64,000 bases of DNA from Candidatus Hydrogenedentota bacterium. Lineage in GTDB: Bacteria; Hydrogenedentota; Hydrogenedentia; Hydrogenedentales; SLHB01. A program made the translations under genes and the position numbers. The stretch spans positions 960,001-1,024,000 of the forward strand of contig CAXXYE010000009.1 of NCBI GenBank assembly GCA_963674865.2, given 5' to 3'. Shown one piece after another: positions 10,470 to 22,194 of the stretch. Every line of letters begins with the position of its first letter. Position 1 is the first letter of the stretch. A model generated the notes under the pieces. It did not search any database and was not told the DNA's origin. It saw only the letters and a program-made list of their open reading frames with translations.

Positions 10470-11948
10470 TCAGATGCTCGAGGCAATCTCGTCATCCGTA
10501 GCCCTCCCCCACGCACGGATGCGCTCCTTCATGTCTTCGACGCGATCACGATGCTCAGGCAGCCCATAGAGATTGACCTTCTCATACGGATCGGAGTTGA
10601 GGTCGTACAACTCGTGCTGCTCCAAGTGCGGGCTGTAATTCAGCTTCCACCGATCCTCCGTCACCACCGTGCGTAAAGGATCCTGGATCGCCGCGACGAG
10701 ACGCTCCGGCGGGCCAAGCTCCGACAGCCACTCCGGGACCGGCTCGCCTTGCTCGAGCTTCGATATCCCTGAATCCGAGCCACTCCACTCGATGAAGACA
10801 TCACGTTGCTCGGGAGGCGCACCGTGTTCGATCAGCGGCCGCAGACTCTGCCCTTCGAGCGAACCGGGGGCCTCGGACCCCATGAGATCGAGCAGCGTCG
10901 GCACGAGGTCGACTTGGCTGATGATCTGCCGCTCCATGCGCGGCTTAACGCCCGGCGCCTTGATCAGGCATGGCACCGTAACGGCCTCTTCCATCATCAC
11001 CGTCTTCGCGAGGAGCTGATGGCTGCCCATCATGTCCCCGTGATCACTGGTGAAGACGATGATCGTGTCTTCCTCGAGGCCGCACTCACGCAGCGTCTGT
11101 AGAATGGCCCCAACCGCCGCGTCCACCTCGCTCACCAGGCCCCAGTAATTCGCTGTTAGGCGACGCCATCCCTGTTCACTGCCCAGCGCGACGCCCCCGA
11201 ATCCTTGCTCCCGGTAGATGTTGTGGAGCATACGCTGCTTCAGGTGGTTTCGTTCATCGGGGACATTCTCGTAGTTGGCCGGCAAGTCGACATAGTCGAG
11301 TGGATACTGTTCATCCCGCGGGCCGGTGAAAGGCATATGCGGTTCGAGGAAGTTCACAAAACCGATGAAAGGCTCATCCTGCCGGCATCCCCGCAGCCAA
11401 TTCGATGTTTCTTCGGCCAGATACGCGGGCTTCGAGTGCTCCTCCGGAAAGCCCGCAACGGTGCCGCGGCCAAACACCGCCGGGCCGTCGCCTTTTCCGT
11501 CCTGCGGCGTGTAGCCTTTCTCAACCAGCCAGTGATGAAACGTCGAGCGATCGTCCCGGTTGCGCCCCTCGCGGTAGTACCGCCTGTAGCCATCCTCGAT
11601 GCTGATCCACTGCTCGAAACCGTGCTGCGCGTAGATCTCGTCGCCGAGATGCCACTTGCCGAAGTAGCCGGTTCGGCAGCTCGGGAGCATCTCCGGTAGG
11701 CAAGGCGTCTCATCCCTGAGCGGCACATTGTTATGCGTGCACCCCGACGTGTGCGGATACAATCCCGTGAGAATCGTCGAGCGCGAGGGCGTGCACACGG
11801 GCTGCGTCACGTAGCACTTCTCAAATGCCACGCTTTCCTCGGCGAGGCGGTTGAGGTTGGGCGTATCGATCTTCGTATTGCCGTAACACGCCATCGTGTC
11901 CGCCCGCTGCTCATCGGTGAAGAGGAATAACAGGTTCCGCTTCTTCAT
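10470..11948 (-). CDS. Formylglycine-dependent sulfatase
   Basis: TDEQR, CTPSR..LTG, GKWHL, PHMP, FTSDHG. Confidence 0.92.
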   Translation of the reverse strand: MKKRNLLFLFTDEQRADTMACYGNTKIDTPNLNRLAEESVAFEKCYVTQPVCTPSRSTILTGLYPHTSGCTHNNVPLRDETPCLPEMLPSCRTGYFGKWHLGDEIYAQHGFEQWISIEDGYRRYYREGRNRDDRSTFHHWLVEKGYTPQDGKGDGPAVFGRGTVAGFPEEHSKPAYLAEETSNWLRGCRQDEPFIGFVNFLEPHMPFTGPRDEQYPLDYVDLPANYENVPDERNHLKQRMLHNIYREQGFGGVALGSEQGWRRLTANYWGLVSEVDAAVGAILQTLRECGLEEDTIIVFTSDHGDMMGSHQLLAKTVMMEEAVTVPCLIKAPGVKPRMERQIISQVDLVPTLLDLMGSEAPGSLEGQSLRPLIEHGAPPEQRDVFIEWSGSDSGISKLEQGEPVPEWLSELGPPERLVAAIQDPLRTVVTEDRWKLNYSPHLEQHELYDLNSDPYEKVNLYGLPEHRDRVEDMKERIRAWGRATDDEIASSI

Positions 11949-11951
11949 GAC

Positions 11952-13385
11952 TTATGCATCTTCCTTCTTGGGCCGGTATACGTGCGTGCTCGGGCCGAAA
12001 ATGATCTCGGCCGATTCCATAATCGTCTCTCCGAGCGTTGGATGCGGATGAATCGTGAGTTCGATATCGCTTGCCAACGCGCCCATCTCGATAGCAAGCG
12101 CGCCTTCCGAGATCAGTTCCCCGGCGTTCGTGCCCGCGATACCGACGCCCAGGATCACATCCGTCTCCGGATCGGCGATGATCTTCGTCACGCCCTCCGG
12201 CCGTCCCAGCGTCGAGGCCCGGCCCGACGCGCCCCAGGGGAACCGCGCCACCTTGATCGCGCGGCCCTCACGTTGCGCGTCCACTTCCGTGAGTCCGCAC
12301 CAGGCCACCTCCGGATCCGTGAAGACCACGGCGGGGATCGCCCTAGGCTCAAACACGGCATGTTGTCCCGCGATGACTTCCGCGGCCACATGGCCCTCGT
12401 GGGTCGCCTTATGCGCGAGCATCGGCTGGCCCGTCACATCGCCGATCGCGAAGATCGAGGGATCCGCCGTACGGCGTTGGCCGTCCACCTGGATGAAGCC
12501 GTGGCCATCGACCTCCACCTTGCTCGTCTTCAGGCCAATCCCGCTCGAGTTGGGCTTTCGGCCGATGCTGATCAGCACCTTCTCGAAGACTCGTTCCTTC
12601 TGCTCGACGTCCGGGCCGTCGAGCGCAATCCGGACGCCCTGCTCCACCTCTTCCATTCCGACTACCTTGGTGTTGAGCAGGATCTCGTGCATCACGTGAT
12701 CCATCCGCCCGGCCAGGATCTTCGCCAAATCGGGGTCGGCGGTCGGCAGAAGCACGCCGCCCATCTCGACGACGGTGACGCGCGTGCCCAGAGCTGCGTA
12801 CACCGAGCCTAGTTCGAGCCCGATGTATCCGCCGCCGATGACGAGCAAGGATTCAGGTATCTCCCGGATCATGAGGGCTGTTGTAGAGGTCATAATGCGC
12901 GGGGAGTCAATCAGGAAGTTCTGGAGCAGCGATGGCCGCGACCCGGGCGCCAGGATGGCGTACTCGAAATGCATCTGGCCATCGCTGCCGTCGTCGGCCG
13001 TAATCTTCAACGTGTTCGCGTCCACCAACGCGCCCCGGCCGCGTACGTACTTAATCTTGCGTGCTTTGCACAGTTGGCCCAGCCCGCTCGTCAGTTTCTC
13101 GACCACGTCGTACGTCCGCGCCCGCATCTTCTCGATGTCGATCGCCGGTTCGCCGAACGTGATGCCCCAGTTCAATGCCTCCCGCGCCTCCGTGAGTACC
13201 TTGGCCACGTGGAGCAGTGCTTTCGAGGGAATACAACCGCGGTAGAGGCAGGTGCCCCCGGGATTCTTCTCGAGTTCGATCAGGGCGACGTCGAGTCCCA
13301 GGTCGGCCGCGCGAAATGCAGCGGCGTAGCCGCCCGGCCCACCGCCGACCACCGCCACTTGCGTTGTTTCTGGGATTTCGCTCAT
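11952..13385 (-). CDS. lpdA: Dihydrolipoamide dehydrogenase (E3)
   Basis: GGGPGG, GGTCLYRGCIPSK, GGGYIGLE, HPHPTLGE. Confidence 0.96.
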   Translation of the reverse strand: MSEIPETTQVAVVGGGPGGYAAAFRAADLGLDVALIELEKNPGGTCLYRGCIPSKALLHVAKVLTEAREALNWGITFGEPAIDIEKMRARTYDVVEKLTSGLGQLCKARKIKYVRGRGALVDANTLKITADDGSDGQMHFEYAILAPGSRPSLLQNFLIDSPRIMTSTTALMIREIPESLLVIGGGYIGLELGSVYAALGTRVTVVEMGGVLLPTADPDLAKILAGRMDHVMHEILLNTKVVGMEEVEQGVRIALDGPDVEQKERVFEKVLISIGRKPNSSGIGLKTSKVEVDGHGFIQVDGQRRTADPSIFAIGDVTGQPMLAHKATHEGHVAAEVIAGQHAVFEPRAIPAVVFTDPEVAWCGLTEVDAQREGRAIKVARFPWGASGRASTLGRPEGVTKIIADPETDVILGVGIAGTNAGELISEGALAIEMGALASDIELTIHPHPTLGETIMESAEIIFGPSTHVYRPKKEDA

Positions 13386-13406
13386 AGATTCCGTCCCTTA
13401 TCCATC

Positions 13407-14735
13407 CTACTCGACAAGAAGCAAGTAGGGCTCTTCGATAGCCTCGACCAGCCGTCTCAGGAAGCGGGCTCCGTCCGCGCCGTCAATGGCCCGATGATCG
13501 TAAGACAGCGCGAGCGGCAGCATCGTGCGGGGCTCAAAGCGGCCATCGCGATAGACGGGCTCGATCTGTCCCCTCGAGATGCCGAGGATGGCGACTTGGG
13601 GCGCGTTCACAATCGGGGTGAAGGCCGTGCCGCCGATGCCGCCAAGGTTTGTCACGGTGAAGGCGCCGCCTTGGAGTTCCTGCGGCACAATCTTCTTATT
13701 TCGCGCCTTTTCCGCCAGCTCGCCGATTTCGACGGCGAGGGCGATCAGGCCCTTCCTGTCCACATCGCGCACCACAGGCACAAGGAGTCCGTGCGGCGTG
13801 TCTACGGCGACGCCGATGTGGCGCCCCCTCTTCAGTTCAATCGTTTGAGTCTCCATGTCGACGCTGGCGTTGAACTGCGGGAATTCCTTCAAGACATCCC
13901 CGAGAAGCTTCAGAATTAAGGCCGTAACCGTCAGTTTTCCGCCTTGTTTCTCCGCCTTCGGGCCATATCGCTTGCGAAAAGCCTCAAATGCCGTGATGTC
14001 GGCCTTGTCGAATTGCGTGACATGGGGGATTGTCGCCCAGGCCGCCGCCATCCGCTCCGCCGTAATACGGCGAATGGCGCTCATCTTCTGTCGCTCTACG
14101 CCACTGCTATCCGTCGCGAGATCCGTGGAAGCCGTATCATCTGCGGACGGCTTCTCTTGCTCGCTTGCCACAGTCTTCGCGGCGAAATCCCTCACGTCCT
14201 CCGCGGTGATGCGTCCACCCGGGCCCGACCCGGGAACTGTACCGATATCGACGCCCAGTTCCCGCGCCAGACGGCGCACGCTCGGCGCGGCCGGCGTCGG
14301 GGCTCCCGGCTTGCGGGCTTGTGCTGCGGTCGGCTCTTGAGGAGAATCCTTTTTCCCTGCCGGTGACTCGGCAGGTGAAGCGGATTTGGGCGCCGGCTTT
14401 GCCGGGGCCGGCGGCTCCGGTGGAGCCACGGCCGCGGGTTTCGGCGGGGCTTGAGCAGGCGGCTCGCTCGGCTCGGAAGCCTTCCCTGCCGCTGCGCCGC
14501 CCGTGTCAAGGATGAGAAGTACCTGGCCCACCTTGAGGCTTTCGCCTTCCTTGGCGCGGATTTCGGCAACCGTGCCTCCGGCCGGCGCGGGGACCTCGAG
14601 CGTGGCCTTATCCGTTTCCAGCTCGACCACGGGCTGATCTTCCCGCACCTGATCGCCCACGGCCACCAGTACCTTCGTCACTTTCCCCGATTCGATGTTC
14701 TCGCCCAGTTCAGGCAACTTGAATTCCAGCGCCAT
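13407..14735 (-). CDS. aceF: Dihydrolipoamide acetyltransferase (PDH E2)
   Basis: Single lipoyl domain ETDKA, E3-binding PSVRRLARE, catalytic DHRAIDG; lies between aceE and lpdA. Confidence 0.93.
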   Translation of the reverse strand: MALEFKLPELGENIESGKVTKVLVAVGDQVREDQPVVELETDKATLEVPAPAGGTVAEIRAKEGESLKVGQVLLILDTGGAAAGKASEPSEPPAQAPPKPAAVAPPEPPAPAKPAPKSASPAESPAGKKDSPQEPTAAQARKPGAPTPAAPSVRRLARELGVDIGTVPGSGPGGRITAEDVRDFAAKTVASEQEKPSADDTASTDLATDSSGVERQKMSAIRRITAERMAAAWATIPHVTQFDKADITAFEAFRKRYGPKAEKQGGKLTVTALILKLLGDVLKEFPQFNASVDMETQTIELKRGRHIGVAVDTPHGLLVPVVRDVDRKGLIALAVEIGELAEKARNKKIVPQELQGGAFTVTNLGGIGGTAFTPIVNAPQVAILGISRGQIEPVYRDGRFEPRTMLPLALSYDHRAIDGADGARFLRRLVEAIEEPYLLLVE

Positions 14736-14760
14736 ATTGCGTGCCTCTTATTCCGCCTCG

Positions 14761-17436
14761 TTATGTGTTCATGGGATTGCGCTTCTCCGGATCGATGTCG
14801 AGCTCTTTCATGGCCCGCTCGACCTCCGCCGCCTCGATCTGCCCGTCTCGAGCGAGCGCGCTGAGTGTCGCCACTGTAATGAAACGCGCGTCCACCTCGA
14901 AGAAATCCCGCAAAGCCGCCCGGCTTTCACTACGCCCGAAGCCGTCGGTGCCCAGCGAGGTCAATCCTTGCGGAACCCACCGGCCTACGGAATCCGGCAG
15001 AGTCTTCACGTAGTCCGACGCGGCCACCACCACGCCTGGCGCGTCATTGAGGCACTGCCTAATATATGGGACTCGTGGCGTTTCCTGGGGATGGAGCATG
15101 TTCCAGCGCTCTACCTCAAGGCCGTCCCGGCGCAGTTCCTTGTAGCTTGTGACGCTCCACACGTCCGCGCCGATGCCGTAGCGCTCCTCGAGCATCTCCT
15201 GCGCTTTGAGCGCCTCATTCAGGATGGACCCGCTCCCCAGCAACTGCGCGCGGCGGCCCAAGTCCGGTTTCGACGTAGCCCTGAACTTGTAGAGGCCCTT
15301 CAGAATGCCTTCCGATACACCCTCCGGCATGGGCGGCATCGCATAGTTCTCGTTGCCCACCGTTAGGTAGTAGAAGACATCCTCCCGCTCCTCGTACATC
15401 CGGCGGATGCCTTCACGGATGATCACGGCCAACTCATAGGCGAAGGCCGGGTCGTACGTCACCAGATTCGGTACGGGATACGCCAGCAGGTGGCTGTGGC
15501 CGTCCTGATGCTGGAGCCCCTCGCCCGCGAGCGTCGTGCGGCCCGCCGTCGCGCCCACCAGGAATCCCTTGCAGCGCATGTCTGCCGCCGCCCAGATGAG
15601 GTCCCCGATCCGCTGGAAGCCGAACATCGAGTAGTACGTGAAGAAGGGTATAGTATTTATTCCGTGGGAGGCATACGCCGTTCCCGCCGCGATGAACGAC
15701 GCCATCGATCCAGCCTCGGTGATCCCCTCCTCAAGGATCTGGCCGTCCTGCGCTTCCTTGTAGTAAAGGAGATTGTCCGCGTCCACAGGCTCGTAGAGCT
15801 GGCCTGAATGGGCGTAGATGCCCACCTGTCTGAACAGGGCTTCCATGCCGAAGGTTCGCGCCTCATCCGGCACGATAGGCACGATCAGCCGTCCCAGTGC
15901 CTCATCCCGCAGGAGTTTCGCCAGAATCCGGACGTACGCCATGGTGCTCGAAACCGCGCGCCCGTCCGTCCCACCGTAGAACTCCTCGAACAGGCTTTCC
16001 GGCGGTGTGGCCATCTTCGGCGCGGCGTCGGCCCGAGACGGCAGCGCTTCCCCGAGGGCCGCGCGGCGTTCTCGGAGATAGGCCATTTCCGGTGAATCCT
16101 CATCGGGCCTATAGAAGGGGGCATAGGCGATCGCTTCATCCGAAATGGGGATTCCGAAGCGTGTCCGGAAATCCATCATCTCGTCTTCATTCAGCTTTTT
16201 CTGCTGGTGCGTGATGTTCTTGCCTTCGCCGCTCTCGCCCAGGCCGTACCCTTTGATGGTTTTGGCCAACACCACCGTCGGCGCCCCGGTATGGCGCGCC
16301 GCCGCGTCATAGGCCGCGTATACCTTCACCGGATCATGCCCGCCGCGGCTGAGTTTACGCACCTGCTCGTCGGTGAGCCCTTCGACAAGATGACGCAGAT
16401 CAGGTTCGCCCCCGAACAGGTGCTCCCGGATATAAGCGCCGGATTCTACGCTCAGCTTCTGGAATTGGCCGTCCACCGTCTGCTCCAGACGTCGTAGCAG
16501 CGCGCCGTCGGTGTCCTTCTCAAACAGCGCGTCCCAGTCGCTGCCCCAAACGACCTTGATGACATTCCAGCCTGCCCCGCGGAAGATGCCCTCCAACTCC
16601 TGGATGATTTTGCCGTTGCCGCGTACCGGGCCGTCGAGGCGCTGCAAGTTGCAGTTGATCACGAAGATGAGGTTGTCCAGCCCTTCGCGTGAGGCCAGGT
16701 CGATGGCCCCCAGCGTCTCTGGCTCACCCGTCTCGCCATCGCCCAGGAAGGCCCAGACTCTCGCGCCATCCCGCTGCTTGAGTCCGCGATCTTCGAGATA
16801 GCGCATGAAACGCGCCTGATAAATGGCCATAATGGGCCCCAAACCCATCGAAACCGTCGGAAATTGCCAGAAATCCGGCATTAACCAAGGGTGCGGATAC
16901 GACGATAGCCCGCCCGGAGAGCGCAATTCGCGCCGGAAGTTCTCAAGGTGCTCGTCCGTCAACCGGCCTTCCAAGTACGCCCGCGCGTAGATGCCCGGCG
17001 ACGCATGTCCTTGGAAATAAATGAGATCGCCGCTTCTTTCCTCGGCCTTCCCGTGGAAGAAATGGTTGAATGCGACCTCGTAGAGCGTCGCGGCCGACGC
17101 ATACGTCGAGATATGCCCGCCGATACCCGCCTCAAGACGGTTCGCCCGAACCACCATCGCCATCGCGTTCCAGCGGATGAAACTCTTGATCCTGCGCTCC
17201 AGCTTCGGGTCCCCCGGATAGGGGGGCTGCGAAGCCGCCGGGATGGAATTCACATAAGGTGTGTTCGCCGTGAAGCGCTGGCGGATGCCGGCGCGGTCGG
17301 CGCGAAGTTGGAGTTCGCCTAGTAAGCGAAGCACCTGCTCCGGGCGATCCCGCTGGATGACGTACTCAAGCGATTCGAGCCATTCCCGGACCTCAATGTC
17401 CGGCTCTTCTCCCTGGTGTCGATTCTCCGTATTCAC
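14761..17436 (-). CDS. aceE: Pyruvate dehydrogenase E1, homodimeric type
   Basis: [43 protein letters not shown]. Confidence 0.96.
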   Translation of the reverse strand: MNTENRHQGEEPDIEVREWLESLEYVIQRDRPEQVLRLLGELQLRADRAGIRQRFTANTPYVNSIPAASQPPYPGDPKLERRIKSFIRWNAMAMVVRANRLEAGIGGHISTYASAATLYEVAFNHFFHGKAEERSGDLIYFQGHASPGIYARAYLEGRLTDEHLENFRRELRSPGGLSSYPHPWLMPDFWQFPTVSMGLGPIMAIYQARFMRYLEDRGLKQRDGARVWAFLGDGETGEPETLGAIDLASREGLDNLIFVINCNLQRLDGPVRGNGKIIQELEGIFRGAGWNVIKVVWGSDWDALFEKDTDGALLRRLEQTVDGQFQKLSVESGAYIREHLFGGEPDLRHLVEGLTDEQVRKLSRGGHDPVKVYAAYDAAARHTGAPTVVLAKTIKGYGLGESGEGKNITHQQKKLNEDEMMDFRTRFGIPISDEAIAYAPFYRPDEDSPEMAYLRERRAALGEALPSRADAAPKMATPPESLFEEFYGGTDGRAVSSTMAYVRILAKLLRDEALGRLIVPIVPDEARTFGMEALFRQVGIYAHSGQLYEPVDADNLLYYKEAQDGQILEEGITEAGSMASFIAAGTAYASHGINTIPFFTYYSMFGFQRIGDLIWAAADMRCKGFLVGATAGRTTLAGEGLQHQDGHSHLLAYPVPNLVTYDPAFAYELAVIIREGIRRMYEEREDVFYYLTVGNENYAMPPMPEGVSEGILKGLYKFRATSKPDLGRRAQLLGSGSILNEALKAQEMLEERYGIGADVWSVTSYKELRRDGLEVERWNMLHPQETPRVPYIRQCLNDAPGVVVAASDYVKTLPDSVGRWVPQGLTSLGTDGFGRSESRAALRDFFEVDARFITVATLSALARDGQIEAAEVERAMKELDIDPEKRNPMNT

Positions 17437-17696
17437 CTAGCCCCCCAAGGACGCCGCCCAACAGTCGTCCGGTCAGATCGGCGCACGGTTTTCCATAAGT
17501 TCCGCGCACGCGGGTGCCAAGCCCAAAGTGGCCTCATTCTAGACGACTGCCTTCCGAACCATCAAGGGGCGCCCCGGCTACTGGGATCCAAGGCGGGTCT
17601 TCCTCTCCGCTTCCGGTGCTGCTATCATGGGGGGCCGTGTCCAGGGAGTCATGGGAGTTTCCTGCACCCCATATCCGGCAGACAGGGGGCAACGAT

Positions 17697-20129
17697 ATGA
17701 GCGACGAAGTTCTCCCAAGCGAACACCATGTCCGGGAATTGGCTGGACTCTTGCCCGGTGTTGTGTTTGAGATAGGGCCAGAGGGGCGACTGACATTCGT
17801 TAACGCCCAGTTCTTCACCTTGTTCGGTTATACGACTGAGGATATCGGCCGCGGCCTTGACCCCCTCACTTTGATTGTCCCGGCACACCGTGAGCGCGCC
17901 GCGGCGAATGCGGCCGAGGTACTCAAGGGAACACACACTGGCACGGACGCTTACACTGCCCTGCGGAAGGACGGGAGCGTCTTCCCCGTCTTGGTTCGCA
18001 GTACGCCTATCCTCTCCGACGGGAAGCCCATCGGCATTCGCGGCATCGCTTTGGATATTTCCCCCCGCGCACACGTCGAGCAGGCTTTGCGAGAGTCCGA
18101 GAGGCTCTATATGTCCACCATTGATGCCTTCGACGAGCCTCTTCATATTGTCGATCCCGAGCTTCGCTTCGTCGTTTTCAACACCAAGTTCAAACAGTGG
18201 ACGGAGGCTTTGGGGATACCTGTCATTTGCGCTGGGCAGGATGTTTTTGAGGTGTTCACGTTCCTCACGGAAGACGTGCGAGAGGAGTACCGGCGCGTCC
18301 TGTCTACGGGGGAGGCCGTCGTTACTCGGGACGAGAATGTCTTCGGCGAAAGAAAGGTCACCACCGAGACGCACAAGATTCCCCTCTTCGAGGACAACAA
18401 GGTCGCTCATGTAGTCACCATTATCAGAGATATCACCGACGAAGTGGGCATGGTTGAGGCGCTGAGGGAGAGCGAGGAGCGGTTTCGCGCACAGTATCGG
18501 AGCATTCCTCTCCCGACCTTCACCTGGCAGCGGACGGACGACGACGCCATTCTTGTGGACTACAACGATGCCGCGCTCAAAGCCACGCAGGGCAAGGTCT
18601 CGGAGCACGTTGGCCTTAAGCTCGAAGAACTGCGCATGCACAGTCCTGAACTTGCGGACGAGATAGAAAGGTGCTTTGCAGCCCGCGGCGCAGCCGAAAG
18701 CGAGGTCTCCTACTGCGACGATCCGACGGGGGATGTCAGGAGTTTCGCTGTGAGTTGCGCTTTCGTTCCTCCGGATCTGGTGATGGTGCACTTTGACGAC
18801 GTAACGGAGCGGAATCGAGCGCAGGCGGCCGCACGGCAAAGGGAGGACTACCTCAACTGCCTCACGGAGATCTCCACCTTGCTTCTCGCCGCCACGGACT
18901 TGGACGTAATCCTTCCGGCCGTTATCGGACGACTGAGAGAGGTTTCCGGCGCGGATCGGTGCTGCCTGTTTCGGAACCACACCGGCTTTCGAGGCGTAAC
19001 GCTCAGTACTCAACAGATCGAAGACTGCGCTCCCGGCGTGATGTGCCAGAAGGAGAACGCCGTCCTTCAGGATTTCGACTGGGAGGAAAGCGGCGTGGGG
19101 CGTTGGCAGCGCATTCTATCCCAAGGCGGCGTGGTGAAAGGGGCGCCCCGTGAGTTTTGCGAACACGCCCGGCAAATGCTTGAGTCCCAAGGCATCGAGT
19201 GGATACTCGTGTTGCCTGTCAATGTTGCGGGCCGTTGGTGGGGGGGCGTCAGCTTTGACATATGCCGGCCGGGGGTCACTTGGCCGGAGGATATCGTCGG
19301 CTTATTGAGAACCGCGGCCAACGCCATCAGCGCCGCTATTCAACGTGAGGAGAATGAGCGAACCATCGAGAGCCAGCGCGCCAATATGGCTTCGGCCGCC
19401 CGGCTCTCCTCCCTGGGGGTCATGGCCAGCGGGGTCGCCCATGAGATCAACAATCCCCTAGCCATCATCTCCGGCGCCAGCGAGCAACTCACGGCCTTTC
19501 TGGCGGGGCAGCCTATGGAGCCGGCGAAGGTTCTGTCTCTGACGAGGAACATCAGCCGCAATGTGGCGCGCGTCAAGCGCATCATCCGTGGCTTGCGTAA
19601 TTTGGCGCGCGACGAGGCGGGCGGGCCCTTTGTCGGCGCTCGCCTTGACGAGACTGTCGCCGATGCCCTGGAGGTCTGCCGCGCACGATTTCGGGCGCAC
19701 AACATCAGCCTCACGATCTCTCACATACCGCCGCAGCTCACCGTTGAGTGCCAGGCAACCCAGATTGCCCAAGTCCTCTTGAACCTTCTCAACAACGCCC
19801 ACGATGCCGCCATGATAGAGGGGCGGCGAGCCGTGACTCTCATGGTGAAGGAAGCGCCGGACCACGTTGATCTAGCCATTACCGATACCGGGCCCGGCGT
19901 TCCCTCGGATGTGCAGGAGAAGATATTTGAGCCTTTTTTTACGACGAAGGAGGTCGGCGCCGGAATGGGTTTGGGACTGAGCATTTCCCGGCAGATAGTC
20001 GAAAGGCATCACGGCAACCTCTTTCTGGACGAGGCCTGCCCCAATACGAGCTTCGTCGTGCGGTTGCCGAAGGTCCAGCCCGCAGACGGCTCGGCATCCC
20101 CGACTTCGCCGTTGCCGCGGTCGACGTAG
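17697..20129 (+). CDS. Cytoplasmic PAS-PAS-PAS-GAF sensor histidine kinase
   Basis: PAS/PAC repeats, GAF, AHEINNPL H-box, LNLLNNA, DTGPG, FEPFFTTK, GMGLGL. Start at ATG 17697. Confidence 0.9.
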   Translation: MSDEVLPSEHHVRELAGLLPGVVFEIGPEGRLTFVNAQFFTLFGYTTEDIGRGLDPLTLIVPAHRERAAANAAEVLKGTHTGTDAYTALRKDGSVFPVLVRSTPILSDGKPIGIRGIALDISPRAHVEQALRESERLYMSTIDAFDEPLHIVDPELRFVVFNTKFKQWTEALGIPVICAGQDVFEVFTFLTEDVREEYRRVLSTGEAVVTRDENVFGERKVTTETHKIPLFEDNKVAHVVTIIRDITDEVGMVEALRESEERFRAQYRSIPLPTFTWQRTDDDAILVDYNDAALKATQGKVSEHVGLKLEELRMHSPELADEIERCFAARGAAESEVSYCDDPTGDVRSFAVSCAFVPPDLVMVHFDDVTERNRAQAAARQREDYLNCLTEISTLLLAATDLDVILPAVIGRLREVSGADRCCLFRNHTGFRGVTLSTQQIEDCAPGVMCQKENAVLQDFDWEESGVGRWQRILSQGGVVKGAPREFCEHARQMLESQGIEWILVLPVNVAGRWWGGVSFDICRPGVTWPEDIVGLLRTAANAISAAIQREENERTIESQRANMASAARLSSLGVMASGVAHEINNPLAIISGASEQLTAFLAGQPMEPAKVLSLTRNISRNVARVKRIIRGLRNLARDEAGGPFVGARLDETVADALEVCRARFRAHNISLTISHIPPQLTVECQATQIAQVLLNLLNNAHDAAMIEGRRAVTLMVKEAPDHVDLAITDTGPGVPSDVQEKIFEPFFTTKEVGAGMGLGLSISRQIVERHHGNLFLDEACPNTSFVVRLPKVQPADGSASPTSPLPRST

Positions 20130-20142
20130 GAAGCGAGCTTTC

Positions 20143-22194
20143 ATGACGGAGCGCCACACCCTCTCTAGCCGGGGCGGCGACCTCACCTTTGCCATCCGGG
20201 AGGGGCGAGTTGCCCTTGAGAACCTATGGGCCCTTCCGTGCCATTCCGGCGCGTCGTCGGCAGGCCCATTGGGGACGCGCGGACTTCTTGAGTGCGTCAT
20301 TGATCAGACTCGACTGACCACCGACGACATGTGTCTTGTCGAAAGTGCTTTCCACCCCCACCAAGCGGTCTTAGCATGGATGTCGTCGAGCGGCCCGCGC
20401 TTGCGTGTCGAAAGCGTGTGGTCCTTATGTCCCGACACAGGTGTCTGCCGCCGTGCCGATACCATCAGAAACCTGTCTTCGCAGTCCCTTGTTCTGCGGC
20501 GTTGCCTTGCACGTTTTGTGTTTGTTCCCGGCTTCTATGAGGTATACAGTCAGGGAAGCCGCTGGAGCGGCGAAAACCAGGGCGTGTGGCGGCCTATGCC
20601 GCACGGCGACCTCAGCCTCCGGTGCGAAGGGGGCCGGACCTGTCAAGGCGCTTCCCCCTACCTCTGTCTGAAACCTCAGAGCAGTGACCGCGGCGTCGCT
20701 TTTCACCTGCTCCCGCGAGGGAACTGGCTCGTCCGCGTGTGTGCCCAAACGTCCGGCAGCACCCCCGCACCGCCCCTGTTTTCGGCCGATCTAGGCTTTG
20801 ACGACGGCGACCTCCGCTTCACGCTCGGCCCCGACGGCGCCGTCAGGCTTCCCGAGATCCTTCTCCAACACGTGCCTCTCGGTGAGGTCCACCTCGGGGC
20901 CCCCGCCCTGCACCGCTTCCTCAATGACGGCTGCCTGCGAAAACGGCAACGCGCGGCGCCTGTCGTCTACAACACATGGTTTGACAGGTTCGACAAGATC
21001 GAACCTGGGCGTCTCAAGAGTCAACTGGCCGCAGCTAAGGATGTGGGCTGCGAGGTCTTCGTCGTGGACGCCGGGTGGTATGGCCGTGGCGGCGGCGGCT
21101 GGTCAAGGCAGGTAGGCGACTGGCGCGAGAAGACGTCCGGCGCGTTCTTAGGGGAAATGGCCGCGTTTGCCGATGATGTGCGCGCTGCCGGACTTGGCTT
21201 CGGCCTGTGGATGGAGCCCGAGCGTTTCCATGGCCAAGCGCCTGTTGTAAGCGCCCACCCGCAATGGTTCTTGCCCGTTTCGGAAGACTACTTCTATCTC
21301 GACCTCGAGCGGCCCGAAGCGTACGACTACCAACGCCGCGAGATAGCGCGCCTCATCGATACATATCAACTTGCGTGGATGAAGATCGATTTCAACTTCG
21401 AGTTAGCTACCGATCCACGCGGCGGCGCCTTCGCCTGGTACTATGATGCCTGGTACCGGCTCCTCGAGCAGCTCAGAGGCGATTACCCGCGGGTCTTCTT
21501 TGAAGGCTGTGCCAGCGGCGGCCTTCGCATGGACCTCAACACCCTTCGGCGGTTCGACGGCCACTTCCTCAGCGACACGGTCAATCCAACCGACACGATC
21601 CGCATCCTGCAAGGCGCTTTGCTCCGCGTCCCGCCGGGCAGCGCCATCACCTGGGCCGTTGTCCGCCCGCCGGAGGAAGTCGTCCCTCCTGGGGTCGTAC
21701 TCGTTCCCGGCTCCGCTTGCTGGGAGGACCCCGTTCTCGTACACATCGACTTCGCGGCCCGCGCCGCTATGTCTGGCCACTTCGGCCTCAGCGGCGACCT
21801 TGCCGGGCTCTGTCCCGACTCGCTCGCCAGGCTCGCCTCACATGTTGCCTTCTACAAGAAGTGGCGTGACTTCATCAGGGATGCCCACGCCCACATGTTG
21901 ACGCCGCCCAGGCCGAAGCAGGACCGCGAGGGGTGGGCCGTGGTCCAACTGGCGGCTCCGGGTGAAGTTACCTCCCTGGTGTTCGTGTATCGTTTGGAGG
22001 ATGTCTGCGCCCAAGGCCGCTTTCCGATGTCCGCTATCGACCCGGCTGCAACATATGTCGTAACCGACACCGACGAGCCCGCCGCGTCGTTGCATGTCTC
22101 CGGCAGCACACTGCGGGGCGAAGGACTGCATGTGCATCTTCCCCGTCCCAACAGCGCCAAGATCATCGTAGTGCAGCGCCGCAAGCCGGGTTGA
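20143..22194 (+). CDS. GH36 alpha-galactosidase-like glycoside hydrolase
   Basis: VYNTW, VVDAGWY, GDW, FGLWMEPE, KIDFN, EGCASGGLRMD. Confidence 0.85.
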   Translation: MTERHTLSSRGGDLTFAIREGRVALENLWALPCHSGASSAGPLGTRGLLECVIDQTRLTTDDMCLVESAFHPHQAVLAWMSSSGPRLRVESVWSLCPDTGVCRRADTIRNLSSQSLVLRRCLARFVFVPGFYEVYSQGSRWSGENQGVWRPMPHGDLSLRCEGGRTCQGASPYLCLKPQSSDRGVAFHLLPRGNWLVRVCAQTSGSTPAPPLFSADLGFDDGDLRFTLGPDGAVRLPEILLQHVPLGEVHLGAPALHRFLNDGCLRKRQRAAPVVYNTWFDRFDKIEPGRLKSQLAAAKDVGCEVFVVDAGWYGRGGGGWSRQVGDWREKTSGAFLGEMAAFADDVRAAGLGFGLWMEPERFHGQAPVVSAHPQWFLPVSEDYFYLDLERPEAYDYQRREIARLIDTYQLAWMKIDFNFELATDPRGGAFAWYYDAWYRLLEQLRGDYPRVFFEGCASGGLRMDLNTLRRFDGHFLSDTVNPTDTIRILQGALLRVPPGSAITWAVVRPPEEVVPPGVVLVPGSACWEDPVLVHIDFAARAAMSGHFGLSGDLAGLCPDSLARLASHVAFYKKWRDFIRDAHAHMLTPPRPKQDREGWAVVQLAAPGEVTSLVFVYRLEDVCAQGRFPMSAIDPAATYVVTDTDEPAASLHVSGSTLRGEGLHVHLPRPNSAKIIVVQRRKPG

